Origin: Bacillales bacterium UBA4691
Lineage (GTDB): Bacteria; Bacillota_I; Bacilli_A; RFN20; CAG-826
DNA: 64,000 bases
Assembly: GCA_002404865.1 (NCBI GenBank)
Contig: DHKP01000007.1
Span: 9,791 to 73,790 of the forward strand
Direction of reading: 5' to 3'
This document shows, piece by piece, positions 36,693-46,643 of the stretch. The notes beneath the pieces were generated by a model that saw only the letters and a list, made by a program, of their open reading frames with translations, did not search any database and had not been told where the DNA came from. Position 1 is the first letter of the stretch. Each line of letters opens with the position of its first letter. Position numbers and translations under genes: made by a program.

Positions 36693-38678
36693 CTATTTTG
36701 CCCCTTTCTGTTTTTCCATTTCTTCCATGAAGGAATCTTCTTCATTGAAAGTGATATTTTCATTAATCCAATCGCGACGTAAGGCAGCGTCTTTACCCAT
36801 GAGGATTGAAATTCGCTTTTCAACAACAAGTGGATCTAAAACGTCCACACGTAAAAGCAACCTTGTTTTTTTATTCATCGTAGTCGAGGCAAGCTGATCG
36901 GCATTCATTTCGCCTAATCCTTTATAACGATTAATCCCGTACCCTGCCCCGATTTTGGCTTTGGCTTCATCTAATTTACTATCGTCCCAAACATAAACGA
37001 ACTTGCTTGGGTCGCTTTTTTTATAAACGCGATATAACGGCGGACAAGCAATGTAAACCATGCCGTTATCAATGAGCGGTTTCATGTAATTGTAGAAAAA
37101 AGTGAGCAAAAGGATTTGAATATGGGCGCCATCAACATCGGCATCGGTCATGATAATGATCTTGCCATAATGGGAATCTTTCACATCGAAGTCTTGGCCA
37201 ACGCCAGCGCCGATCGTCTGGATTAATGTCGAAAATTCTTCATTTTGAAGCATACGCTCCATCGTGACGGAATCGGTATTCAACGGTTTTCCTCGCAAAG
37301 GCAAAATCGCTTGATGAATACGGTCACGGCCGTTTTTCGCACTGCCGCCTGCCGAATTGCCCTCGACGATGAATAGCTCATTTTGAGCATAATCTTTGGA
37401 TTGAGCTTGGGCTAATTTATCGCTAATGATGAAATCTTGCGACTTCTTTTTACTATTATTCCCTCGCACGGCTTCTCTAGCTTTTCTTGCGGCGTCTCTA
37501 GCTTCTTTGGCCGCCTGACACTTCTTGATCAGATTAATCGCGAACTGTTTATGCTCCGTGATGTAATATGTGAATTGCTCATACGTAAAACTATTCACCG
37601 CTTGGAAAGCCCCAGGAGTCCCAAGCTTTCCTTTTGTTTGCCCTTCAAATTCAATCTTATCGGCAGTAATTTTTACCGAAACGACATAAGTAAGGCCTTC
37701 TCTAAGGTCATTTCCATCAATGCGGTCTTTTTCTTTGATTACACCATTGGAGATCGCCCAATCGTTAATCGCTTTGGTTAATCCACTTTTGAAGCCGTCT
37801 TCGTGAGTTCCTCCGCCAGCAGTCCTGACACCGTTCGCGTAACTTAATGGATGCTCGCTGTAATCACTTTGACACCATTGAAGCGCAATCTCAATCTTGA
37901 TAGGAGATGTTTTATCTTCAAAATCGATAATTTCCCCGATTGGAGTTTTGTTTGAAGTAAGATTCTCGACATATTCTCTTAAACCATGTTCGTAATAGAA
38001 CTCATGAGATAAATTCGAACGCTCATCTTTTAAAATAAAATGAACTTTTTTGCACAAGAAAGCTTCTTCTTGAAGATGGTTATAAATGGTGTCCCATTTA
38101 AATTCAGTTGTGGAAAAAATCCTGGCATCAGGCTTAAAGCGAATGGATGAGCCATGCTTTTTGGTATCTCCGATTCTTGCAAGAGGCGTCTCAAGCTTTC
38201 CGCCATCATGGAAACGGATATGATAAATGCCACCTTGCCGATAAACGGTAATGTCGAGCCATTCAGATAAAGCATTGGTAACGGTCGCACCTACGCCATG
38301 GAGGCCAGCGCTTGTTTTGTAGGATTTGCTATCGAATTTTCCGCCGCTATGGAGAGTAGTAAAAATAAGCTGAACCGCTGGCATATGCGCTTTTTCGTGC
38401 ATATCCACTGGAAGACCACGTCCTTCATCATCAACCTGTATGGAACCATCTTTGTGAATTGTCACAGTGATTTTGTCACCGAATCCGTTAGCGGCCTCGT
38501 CAACAGCATTGTCGACAATTTCCCAAATAAGATGATGCAGGCCCATTGTATTAGTCGACCCAATATACATGCCAGGTCTTTTTCTAACGCCTTCCAATTC
38601 GCTAAGCAGTTCGATGCTTTTAGCGGTGTAATCTTTTTCTGCTTTCTCAAAATCAGCCATGATGATGTTTCCTAACAA
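36693..38678 (-). CDS. parE: type IIA topoisomerase B subunit (ParE)
   Basis: GHKL ATPase, TOPRIM (EGNSAGGS) and PLRGK motifs. 661 aa. Confidence 0.8.
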   Translation of the reverse strand: MLGNIIMADFEKAEKDYTAKSIELLSELEGVRKRPGMYIGSTNTMGLHHLIWEIVDNAVDEAANGFGDKITVTIHKDGSIQVDDEGRGLPVDMHEKAHMPAVQLIFTTLHSGGKFDSKSYKTSAGLHGVGATVTNALSEWLDITVYRQGGIYHIRFHDGGKLETPLARIGDTKKHGSSIRFKPDARIFSTTEFKWDTIYNHLQEEAFLCKKVHFILKDERSNLSHEFYYEHGLREYVENLTSNKTPIGEIIDFEDKTSPIKIEIALQWCQSDYSEHPLSYANGVRTAGGGTHEDGFKSGLTKAINDWAISNGVIKEKDRIDGNDLREGLTYVVSVKITADKIEFEGQTKGKLGTPGAFQAVNSFTYEQFTYYITEHKQFAINLIKKCQAAKEARDAARKAREAVRGNNSKKKSQDFIISDKLAQAQSKDYAQNELFIVEGNSAGGSAKNGRDRIHQAILPLRGKPLNTDSVTMERMLQNEEFSTLIQTIGAGVGQDFDVKDSHYGKIIIMTDADVDGAHIQILLLTFFYNYMKPLIDNGMVYIACPPLYRVYKKSDPSKFVYVWDDSKLDEAKAKIGAGYGINRYKGLGEMNADQLASTTMNKKTRLLLRVDVLDPLVVEKRISILMGKDAALRRDWINENITFNEEDSFMEEMEKQKGAK

Positions 38679-38838
38679 AATAAATCCCCGATATTATAAG
38701 CGTTATTTTTAATATTTGCACACCCTATTAATGTATTAATAGTCTTGATATATTCTTGTGATTTTATTTAGAACTTGAATTGCGTTATTGATACACTATG
38801 AGCATAATTTACGGGGTAAATAAGACGAGGAGAAAACG

Positions 38839-39570
38839 ATGGGCGTTTGGATCAATATCGGCTTGGCTATAGCATTCTTGATTTTTGGATATCTAATCGG
38901 TTCAATTCCGACAGGCGTAATTATCGGGAAACTTTTTTTCCATAAAGATCCTCGTTCCTATGGGTCACATGGGTCAGGTGGGACGAATTCTTCGCGTGTT
39001 TTAGGCAAAAAAGTCGGAGCGATCGTAATCACTTTGGATATCACAAAAACAGTAATGACGTTTTGGGTTTGTTGGGCAATTCTTGCTTTCTCAGGCATCC
39101 AAGCCTCTACTGACCTTTGGGACAGCGGAACCTTATACCTTTGGTTAAGCGTATTGGGTTGTGCAATCGGACATTGCTATCCCCTCTATATCGGTTTCAA
39201 AGGTGGAAAAGCCGTTGCATGTTTCATGGGCGCAACAGGAGGAGGCAGTTGGCTCATGTTTGCTCTCGATTTTATCGTCTTTTTTTCCGTCTATAAAATC
39301 GGGAAAAGAAAAAATGTAGTCTCTTTTGCTAGCATTATTTCTTCTTCCATTTTGCTACTTATCGTTTGGATTGCCGCCGTCTTGAATTTATGCGGTCTCA
39401 AAACAGCTGTGCTTATGTGGGATTTTGGGGCAACAAAAACTTTATACCTAGGCTGGGAAGCGGCATTAGTTACCACGCTTATTTATATTTTGCTCGTTTG
39501 GCGACATCATGAAAACATCGTTAGACTTAAAAATGGAACGGAGCAAAAATATAATTTATTTGGTAAATAA
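38839..39570 (+). CDS. plsY: glycerol-3-phosphate acyltransferase PlsY
   Basis: GSHGSGGTNSSRVLGKKVG matches the PlsY GSGNxGATNxxRxLGKK motif. Multi-TM. Divergent from parE. Confidence 0.85.
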   Translation: MGVWINIGLAIAFLIFGYLIGSIPTGVIIGKLFFHKDPRSYGSHGSGGTNSSRVLGKKVGAIVITLDITKTVMTFWVCWAILAFSGIQASTDLWDSGTLYLWLSVLGCAIGHCYPLYIGFKGGKAVACFMGATGGGSWLMFALDFIVFFSVYKIGKRKNVVSFASIISSSILLLIVWIAAVLNLCGLKTAVLMWDFGATKTLYLGWEAALVTTLIYILLVWRHHENIVRLKNGTEQKYNLFGK

Positions 39571-39821
39571 TTAGCATATTATTAGTACTTTTTTGCTATT
39601 TAATTAATTTTATTTTTATTTCGATAACAACTGAATTTATTTGATATTTAAATCAGAATAGAAATTCAGATTTATATAAACGAAACTATCTGATGTATTT
39701 ATGACTTCATGCCAAGGGAAATAAACCAATCTTTTTTTCAATTTGTTTTAGTCTCCAGCCAATCCTCTTTGCGCCTCCAAATAACTCGAACTAATATTGT
39801 CGTAACCCTCATTAATCTCTT

Positions 39822-39866
39822 ACGTCTAAAACTTTAAAAAATAAAAGCGGCCTTTCAAAGGCCGCT
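39822..39866 (-). terminator. rho-independent terminator of the efp-yneF transcript
   Basis: GCGGCC-TTTCAAA-GGCCGC hairpin at 39847-39865 with a U-run on the minus strand. Confidence 0.7.
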
Positions 39867-39884
39867 TAATCGTTGGTTTTTTGC

Positions 39885-40112
39885 TTATTGGTTATCCATG
39901 TTTTTGCGTACGGAATTCATCACGGCGCGAATTTGCGCTTCAGATGGCTTACGCCCCATTTGCATATACATGGCGCGAATCATGTTTTCGTTAATTGGTG
40001 GGTTCTTTTTCATTTGGTTCTTAATAAGAGAACGCGCTCCGAAGAAGCCGCCAATTAATCCAATGATCAACGCGACAATGACAAGGGCAAACCAGCTACC
40101 ACTCCATTCCAT
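39885..40112 (-). CDS. yneF: UPF0154/YneF small membrane protein
   Basis: 75 aa, one N-terminal TM, basic C-terminus. Confidence 0.7.
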   Translation of the reverse strand: MEWSGSWFALVIVALIIGLIGGFFGARSLIKNQMKKNPPINENMIRAMYMQMGRKPSEAQIRAVMNSVRKNMDNQ

Positions 40113-40114
40113 TC

Positions 40115-40672
40115 TTATGCTCTCCCGTCATATTTTCCCGTCGCGGTGTCAACGGAAATCTTATCGCCAGGATTGATGAATAATGGAACGCGAATCTTCA
40201 TGCCAGTTTCTAGAACCGCATCTTTGGAGCCACCATTCGTAATGGTATCGCCGCGAACTCCTGGTTCGCAATCGGTGACAGTGATCGCAACTTTAGCAGG
40301 AAGTTGGATTCCGAGGATCTCTTCGTCAAAGCTAATCATGATAACATCGAGGTTTGGAACGAGGTATTGAGCTTGGCTTTCAAGATTTTGGTGTCCGATT
40401 TCGACTTGATCATATGTCTTTGGATCCATGAAGACATAGGTAGTTCCAGAATCGTAAAGATATTGCATGTTTCTTTTGTCCAAACGAGCTTCTTCAACAT
40501 CGTAGCCACTATTTCTGGCTAGCTCAGTAATCGCGCCAGTGCGGACATTTTGAACCTTGATTTTGGCGACCATCTTTCTCATCGCGGTCTTGTTAAGAAG
40601 GATGTCGATGACTCGATAGAGAACCTTTTCATCGATAAAGTAATTGCCAGGACGTAATTCAGTAACATTCAT
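40115..40672 (-). CDS. efp: translation elongation factor P with non-canonical tip loop
   Basis: Three EF-P domains. C-terminal GDKISVDTATGKYDGRA. The loop reads NKTAMRKMVAK where KPGKG is expected. Confidence 0.85.
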   Translation of the reverse strand: MNVTELRPGNYFIDEKVLYRVIDILLNKTAMRKMVAKIKVQNVRTGAITELARNSGYDVEEARLDKRNMQYLYDSGTTYVFMDPKTYDQVEIGHQNLESQAQYLVPNLDVIMISFDEEILGIQLPAKVAITVTDCEPGVRGDTITNGGSKDAVLETGMKIRVPLFINPGDKISVDTATGKYDGRA

Positions 40673-40742
40673 AATAATTCTCCTTGAATTTTAACTTTCA
40701 TATTGTACTCCCGGTTAGGCAAAGAGGGTACTTTTTTCGCTT

Positions 40743-41360
40743 TTACAAAAAGGAAAAACCAGGGTTAAATCTCAATTCGTTTCCTAAAGTGGTCGATTCG
40801 CCATGCCCTGGATAAACTTTCGTTTCTTTTGGCAAAACAATTAACTTACGAAGTGAATTTTCTATCTTCAACGGATTACCACCCGGAAGATCAGTTCTCC
40901 CATAACTTAAATGAAATAAAGTATCGCCGCTAAGTAAGGCATTTTCTTGCTTTAAGTAATAGCAAACGCTTCCTTCCGTATGAAAAGGCGTAGCGATAAC
41001 CTGTATTTCTATAGAAGATAGTTTCAATGTTTCCCCTCCATAGAGAAGAATCGGTATGATATTATCAATAGTTAAAGATTGGTAAAGATTATATTTACTA
41101 TCTGTAAAAAATCTTTCATCCCCTATTCCTAAATAAACTGGAGCTTGATGTTTTAGACTCTTTAAGCCAAGAATATGGTCATAATGCCCATGTGTCAACA
41201 AGACGGCCGAGAGATTTTTAAAATGATTGTCGATAAACCGATCGAGGCGACCATTCGAATTATCGCCAGGATCGACTAAAATGCAGTCTTTGCCATAATC
41301 CCCGAGAAAATAGGAATTACAGAGTGTCGGATTTCCAGACAATTTTGTAATCATAATCAA
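40743..41360 (-). CDS. MBL-fold metallo-hydrolase
   Basis: THGHYDH zinc-binding motif. Confidence 0.7.
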   Translation of the reverse strand: MIMITKLSGNPTLCNSYFLGDYGKDCILVDPGDNSNGRLDRFIDNHFKNLSAVLLTHGHYDHILGLKSLKHQAPVYLGIGDERFFTDSKYNLYQSLTIDNIIPILLYGGETLKLSSIEIQVIATPFHTEGSVCYYLKQENALLSGDTLFHLSYGRTDLPGGNPLKIENSLRKLIVLPKETKVYPGHGESTTLGNELRFNPGFSFL

Positions 41361-41388
41361 AAAAGGCCCACATAGCAGCGGGCCAATC
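41358..41388 (-). terminator. rho-independent terminator after rpmG
   Basis: GGCCCGCTGCTATGTGGGCC hairpin followed by TTTTTT on the minus strand. Confidence 0.65.
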
Positions 41389-41389
41389 C

Positions 41390-41548
41390 TTATTTCGCTT
41401 CTTTATGGAGAGTCTCTTTTTTGCAGCGCGAGCAATACTTCTTGATTTCCATCTTGTTTGGATGAGTTTTCTTGTTACGCGTGGTGATGTAATTGTGTTC
41501 ACCGCATTCGCTGCATTTAAGGATTACTTGATCACGTTTACTTGCCAT
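41390..41548 (-). CDS. rpmG: ribosomal protein L33 (52 aa; absent from the ORF track because it is under 60 aa)
   Basis: Manual translation gives MASKRDQVILKCSECGEHNYITTRNKKTHPNKMEIKKYCSRCKKETLHKEAK, the L33 zinc ribbon CxxC...CxxC. Confidence 0.85.
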   Translation of the reverse strand: MASKRDQVILKCSECGEHNYITTRNKKTHPNKMEIKKYCSRCKKETLHKEAK

Positions 41549-41658
41549 ATCGATTCACTCTTCTTTCTTTTCGCGAGCGTAATATTAGCATACTAAAACG
41601 AGTAAATCTATACTTTTTCATGGTCTTTCATCGCTTTTCTTCGCGTTTTGTCCTTTAA

Positions 41659-42750
41659 TTGGCTTATACTTTTATTACACAAAATAGTTTTAATATGTAC
41701 CAAAGAGAAAATACTAGACAGGTTCGTATCGGAAGGCTTAAATTGGGCGGTTCTAAACATGTTGTCATTCAATCGATGGCTAGCATCAAAACGAGTCGTG
41801 TAGAGGAAGTCTCAAAGCAAATTAATCGCTGCGCGGTATTAGGCGCAGAGCTGATGAGAGTCTCCGTTCTAGATGAGAAGGACGCAAAAGCAATTCGCGA
41901 AATTCGTAAAAGAATCACGATTCCTTTAGTCGCTGATATTCATATCGATTATCGTTTGGCACTCGATGCCATCGAATCAGGAGTAGAGGCAATTCGCATC
42001 AATCCAGGAAATATCGGAACGGAAGATAAAATCAAAGCCGTCATCGATGCCTGCAAAGAAAAAAACATCCCCATTCGGATTGGAGTAAACTCCGGCTCGC
42101 TTGATCGTTCTATTTATCACGGAAGCGAAAGCATCAGAGCGGAATATTTGTTCGAAAGCGCAAAAAAACACGTTGAGATTTGTGAAGCGCTAGGTTTTCA
42201 AGATATCGTCGTAAGCTTGAAAGGTTCGAATTTGTTAGAAACAATCAAAGCATACGAACTCGCGAGTGAATATTTCCCCTATCCTCTACACATAGGCATA
42301 ACGGAAGCTGGGCCAAAAGATATCGGTTTAATCAGGAGCGCCGCAGGTTTATCGCCACTATTATTAAGCGGAATTGGTGACACGATCCGTATATCTTTAA
42401 GCGATGAGCCTGAGGAAGAAGTCAAGGCGGCTTCGCGGCTTTTGCATGATCTAGGACTAAAAAGAGACTATCCTACTTTTATTTCGTGCCCAACATGCGG
42501 AAGAACCGAAGTCAATCTCATCCCTTTAGCGAAGAAAGTACAATCCTACTTAGAAGAACATCACATTAATAAAACTGTCGCAATCATGGGTTGCATCGTG
42601 AATGGTCCTGGCGAAGCAAAACACGCCGATCTAGGGGCCGCTGGCGGAAAAGGACGCTGGGCAATTTTTAAAAAAGGAAAAGTCTTAAGAACAGTAAGTG
42701 ACGATGTTATTTTTGAAGAACTAAAAAAAGAAATAGAACACCTAGATTAG
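41659..42750 (+). CDS. ispG: 4-hydroxy-3-methylbut-2-enyl diphosphate synthase IspG
   Basis: VIQSMASIKT and C-terminal CPTCGRT...GCIVNGPGE [4Fe-4S] motifs. Confidence 0.9.
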   Translation: MAYTFITQNSFNMYQRENTRQVRIGRLKLGGSKHVVIQSMASIKTSRVEEVSKQINRCAVLGAELMRVSVLDEKDAKAIREIRKRITIPLVADIHIDYRLALDAIESGVEAIRINPGNIGTEDKIKAVIDACKEKNIPIRIGVNSGSLDRSIYHGSESIRAEYLFESAKKHVEICEALGFQDIVVSLKGSNLLETIKAYELASEYFPYPLHIGITEAGPKDIGLIRSAAGLSPLLLSGIGDTIRISLSDEPEEEVKAASRLLHDLGLKRDYPTFISCPTCGRTEVNLIPLAKKVQSYLEEHHINKTVAIMGCIVNGPGEAKHADLGAAGGKGRWAIFKKGKVLRTVSDDVIFEELKKEIEHLD

Positions 42751-42751
42751 T

Positions 42752-43648
42752 TTATTCCAAGTGTTCTCTCCAAGCAGGAACGAAGTGATTATCCCGAAGC
42801 ATTGCAATTTCTTCTTTATAAGGATAGATTGTCTTTTTTCCTTCACTTATGGTTGGCGTTTCTAAAATTTTTGGGATGTCAATTAAACGAGGATTCTTCA
42901 CCCACTTTTCTAAAGTCGCAAAACCGATTGTTCCATAGCCGATATTATCGTGGCGGTCTTTATGAGAGGCGCGCTCGTTTTTGGAATCATTAAGATGAAT
43001 CACTTTTAAATTGGATATTCCGATAATGCGATCGAACTCATCGAGCGTGCCATCTACGTCTTTCACGTCATATCCAGCATCATTAATATGACAAGTATCT
43101 AAGCATACTCCGATTTTGTCTTTTCTTTTTATTCCATCGATGATTGCTTTGATTTCCTCAAAGCTGGAACCGATTTCGCTGCCTTTCCCCGCCATGGTCT
43201 CTAAACAGATAATCACATTAGAATCGTCATTCTCAAAAACTTGGTTTAAGCCTTCGATAACATAACGGATTCCTTTTTCTTTAAGCTCACCCACGCTGCT
43301 TCCAGGATGCAGGACGAGATTCTTCAAAGAAAAATCGGAGACACGTTTTATTTCGTCCTTTAAAAATGATTTCGCTAATGTTCTAGTCTCTTCTTTTAAA
43401 GGGTTCGCAAGATTAATGATGTAAGGTGCGTGAACCACAATTTTGTCTTCGTTAAAGCCTTTTTGCTTTAAGAAATTACGACCCTCCTCAATCCGAAGGG
43501 AAGAAGTCGGAAGACGCCGCGTGTTTTGAGGGGCCCCCGTATAAAACATAAAAGTGTTTTCGCCCCAAGCGTAGGCTTGTTTCGCCGTTCCTAAATAAAA
43601 ATCGGGAGCGCTTAAAGATAGATGGCTTCCTAAATAGATGTTATCCAT
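42752..43648 (-). CDS. nfo: endonuclease IV
   Basis: TIM-barrel AP endonuclease (CLDTCHINDAGY). Confidence 0.85.
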   Translation of the reverse strand: MDNIYLGSHLSLSAPDFYLGTAKQAYAWGENTFMFYTGAPQNTRRLPTSSLRIEEGRNFLKQKGFNEDKIVVHAPYIINLANPLKEETRTLAKSFLKDEIKRVSDFSLKNLVLHPGSSVGELKEKGIRYVIEGLNQVFENDDSNVIICLETMAGKGSEIGSSFEEIKAIIDGIKRKDKIGVCLDTCHINDAGYDVKDVDGTLDEFDRIIGISNLKVIHLNDSKNERASHKDRHDNIGYGTIGFATLEKWVKNPRLIDIPKILETPTISEGKKTIYPYKEEIAMLRDNHFVPAWREHLE

Positions 43649-45024
43649 TATGATTCATTGTCCTTCCTTGCTTCTAAACGGAATTTTTTCACGAGTTCCT
43701 TGCGAACGCTTTTTTGAATCGCCTTACGGCGATATTTGCGTTTGACTTTTTCAATGGCAAGTTTTTCCTTCTTTTTGTAGCCAGGTTTAACGGTTTTTCC
43801 GCGATGTCTAGCCTTTGCGATTTTGATTTCCTTTTGCTCATCTTCGTTTTGGAAGGCCTTTTTCTTGCGCAGTTTCTCTTTTGGAAGCAATCCGACTGGA
43901 TCCTTTTTAAGTTCCCCGTTTCTTAAGGAATAAAAATCAAACTTCACGCCGCCATCGATTAAAGCGAGAGGGAGCTTAATACTATCGTCATCATAAAAAA
44001 CCCAAGAATCCCCTTCTTTTCCAAAACGGCCCGTCCTACCAGCTCGATGGTGATAGAATTCCAAATCATTTGGCAGATCGATAGAAATGACATCGCTTAC
44101 ATCCGGAATATCCATTCCACGGCTTAATAAATCGCTAGAAACAATGATAGGCGCCTTATTTTCTCTAATTGCCCGCAAAGCTTTCTTGCGGTTTCTTTCA
44201 TCTAGGTCACCTGAAAAATAAATCGTATCGAATCCTTCTCCGACTAAAAAACGATTGATTTGGCCTACTTTTTCTTTGGTACTTGCAAAAACAATGCACA
44301 AATAGGGACGACGAATTTTAAGAAATGAAAGAAGTGCATCGGTCACTTGCTGGTGCTTGATATCAATTAAATGGTGACGGACGCTGCTTGCGGTATTCAC
44401 TTCTTCGTTTTCATATTCAAAATCACTTTTCACGAATCGATTTAGCTCATCTTTAAGGTTTTGTTTTAAGGTCGCGGAAAAAACAAGAATTTGGGGTTCT
44501 TCAAGAATGGAAAACAAAGAGGCGATATCTTCAAAATAGCCTAAGTCTAGAAGCATATCCGCTTCATCCAAGACAACTGTTCTCACGTTATTTAAGGAAA
44601 GGAGATGTTGTTCTACTAAAATATCGTGGATGCGGCCTGGCGTTCCAATCACAATTTGAGGGGCTATGCTTAATCCTTCAACGTTCTGATTGACTTCGCT
44701 TTCGCTTGTGAACAAACGGACTTTTAGTTTGGGGTAAAAACGAATAAAAGCGCGTGTAAATTCATACGTTTGGCGCGCTAGCTCTCTAGTAGGACAAACG
44801 ATAATGTCTTGAACACGTTCCAAATTCATGTCCAGTTTTGCGAGCACTGGAATTAAATAAGCATGCGTTTTCCCGCTTCCTGTCGCACTTTGGGCAAGGA
44901 GAGATTTGCCTCTAAGTGCCCTAGGGATGACGACACTTTGAACTTTTGACGGTTCTTTATAACCAAGCTTTTCTAGAGCGCTAATGAGACTAGATGATAA
45001 ATTGAATGCTTTAAATGATGCCAT
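43648..45024 (-). CDS. DEAD-box RNA helicase (CshB-like)
   Basis: Q motif, AQSATGSGKT and DEAD motifs. Lys/Arg-rich C-terminal tail. Confidence 0.85.
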   Translation of the reverse strand: MASFKAFNLSSSLISALEKLGYKEPSKVQSVVIPRALRGKSLLAQSATGSGKTHAYLIPVLAKLDMNLERVQDIIVCPTRELARQTYEFTRAFIRFYPKLKVRLFTSESEVNQNVEGLSIAPQIVIGTPGRIHDILVEQHLLSLNNVRTVVLDEADMLLDLGYFEDIASLFSILEEPQILVFSATLKQNLKDELNRFVKSDFEYENEEVNTASSVRHHLIDIKHQQVTDALLSFLKIRRPYLCIVFASTKEKVGQINRFLVGEGFDTIYFSGDLDERNRKKALRAIRENKAPIIVSSDLLSRGMDIPDVSDVISIDLPNDLEFYHHRAGRTGRFGKEGDSWVFYDDDSIKLPLALIDGGVKFDFYSLRNGELKKDPVGLLPKEKLRKKKAFQNEDEQKEIKIAKARHRGKTVKPGYKKKEKLAIEKVKRKYRRKAIQKSVRKELVKKFRLEARKDNES

Positions 45025-45068
45025 AACTCATAAAATTATAGTGTTTTTGCTCGGTTCTTTCTAGACTT

Positions 45069-45962
45069 ATGGACTATAATACGAGCATGAAAATTTTCAC
45101 GTTGGAACCCCATTCGTATTGTGAAGGCGTCACGAAAGCGTTTTTGCTCGCAAGAAAAGCAAAGAAAGAACACCCTGACCAAAGGATATATCTTCTCGGT
45201 TCGCTCGTGCATAACGAAGATGCCGTGAATGAGCTTACTAAAGATGGTTTCATCTTGATTGACGAAAGAAAAGAAGACCTTTGTTCTTCTTTGAATGCGA
45301 TACCAGTCGGCTCAATCGTCATTTTTTCCGCACATGGTCATCCTGAAATTTATGATGAAATCGCTAAAAATAAGCAGCTAATTGTTTACGATGCGACTTG
45401 TAGCAAAGTGAAAAAAAACCTAGATGCAATCGCCTATTTCGTCCATGCTGGACGAGAAGTGATTTTTTTAGGTGAGAGACTCCATTTAGAAGCGGTCGCT
45501 GCCTTATCCTATGGCGATAAAGTTCATTTTTTGGATGCGAAAAGGTTGTCGGAATTTGATTTTTCCCTTGTGAAGGATAAGGCCCCTGCATTCCTCACCC
45601 AAACAACAATGAGCGAAGATGATGTCCGCGAAGCGGGGAAAATGATTCTTTCAAAAATACCCGCAGCTTTTATTATGGATGGGCGCTGCGAAAGCACAAA
45701 GAAACGTCAATTTAATTTTTACTTAGCCCCGAAAGAAGCCGATGTCATTGTCGTTTTGGGTTCCATAACAAGCAATAACACGATGAAGCTCGTCTCAATC
45801 GCAAAAGAATCTCACCCTGACGCTAGAGTTTTCCGCGCAAGAAACCTAGAAGAACTTCAAAAATTCAATTTGTCGACTTATCACTACGCAATCCTTGCTA
45901 GCGGAGCTTCCACTTCCCCTTCCGTCTATAACGCGTGTTTAGAATACTTAAAAAACCTATAA
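45069..45962 (+). CDS. ispH: 4-hydroxy-3-methylbut-2-enyl diphosphate reductase IspH
   Basis: LytB fold with conserved Cys residues. The start may be the MKIF Met at 45087. Confidence 0.9.
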   Translation: MDYNTSMKIFTLEPHSYCEGVTKAFLLARKAKKEHPDQRIYLLGSLVHNEDAVNELTKDGFILIDERKEDLCSSLNAIPVGSIVIFSAHGHPEIYDEIAKNKQLIVYDATCSKVKKNLDAIAYFVHAGREVIFLGERLHLEAVAALSYGDKVHFLDAKRLSEFDFSLVKDKAPAFLTQTTMSEDDVREAGKMILSKIPAAFIMDGRCESTKKRQFNFYLAPKEADVIVVLGSITSNNTMKLVSIAKESHPDARVFRARNLEELQKFNLSTYHYAILASGASTSPSVYNACLEYLKNL

Positions 45963-46643
45963 TTAAAGAGTGCAGCGTTTAATGAGATTAATTTCATTCT
46001 CTAATTCTTCTTTTGCGGAAATGGATAGATTCTGTTGAGCCAAAATCGCTTTTTTTGTCTTTAATAAAGAAAGAAAATAAATCCGCCATGCCTCACTTTT
46101 ACGAGTGATTTCAATTGGGCCAAAATAGAGTTCAAGCGGGGAATATTCAAAAGAATGATGGACGTTTTTAAATCGATAAACACAATAAGGTTTGCCTTTA
46201 TCATAGAAAAAAGAATCATCGATTGCTAAAAAGCCAAGATTGCCAAGTTTTTCTAGAAGAAAGGGATATTCGCGGTGGGCATCAATCACCAAATAAGAGA
46301 CTTTAACGAGCTTTTCAGGATGGGAAAGAAGAATGGAGGCGATTAGTTCCCCGCCCATCCCAGCGAGAATTACCTCATTCACTTCACTAGGGATAGAAGC
46401 GATCCCACCCCCCAAAGAACAAAGGATTTCATTTTCATATCCAGCTTCTTCAATCGCGTTTTTCATGCGCTGAAAAGGTCCGATTTTATTTTCGACAGCG
46501 AACGCACGCTTTACGATGCCTCGCGAAATAAGTTCAATCGGAACTAAAGCGTGATCGCTTCCAATATCAGCGGGATAAGAATCTTTGCCGACAAAACTAA
46601 TAATGGTCTCTAGGCGCTTAGAAAGCTTACTTGCCATTGCCAA
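45963..46643 (-). CDS. trmK: tRNA (adenine22-N1)-methyltransferase TrmK
   Basis: YqfN/TrmK family. Sits downstream of sigA as in Bacillus. Confidence 0.8.
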   Translation of the reverse strand: MAMASKLSKRLETIISFVGKDSYPADIGSDHALVPIELISRGIVKRAFAVENKIGPFQRMKNAIEEAGYENEILCSLGGGIASIPSEVNEVILAGMGGELIASILLSHPEKLVKVSYLVIDAHREYPFLLEKLGNLGFLAIDDSFFYDKGKPYCVYRFKNVHHSFEYSPLELYFGPIEITRKSEAWRIYFLSLLKTKKAILAQQNLSISAKEELENEINLIKRCTL

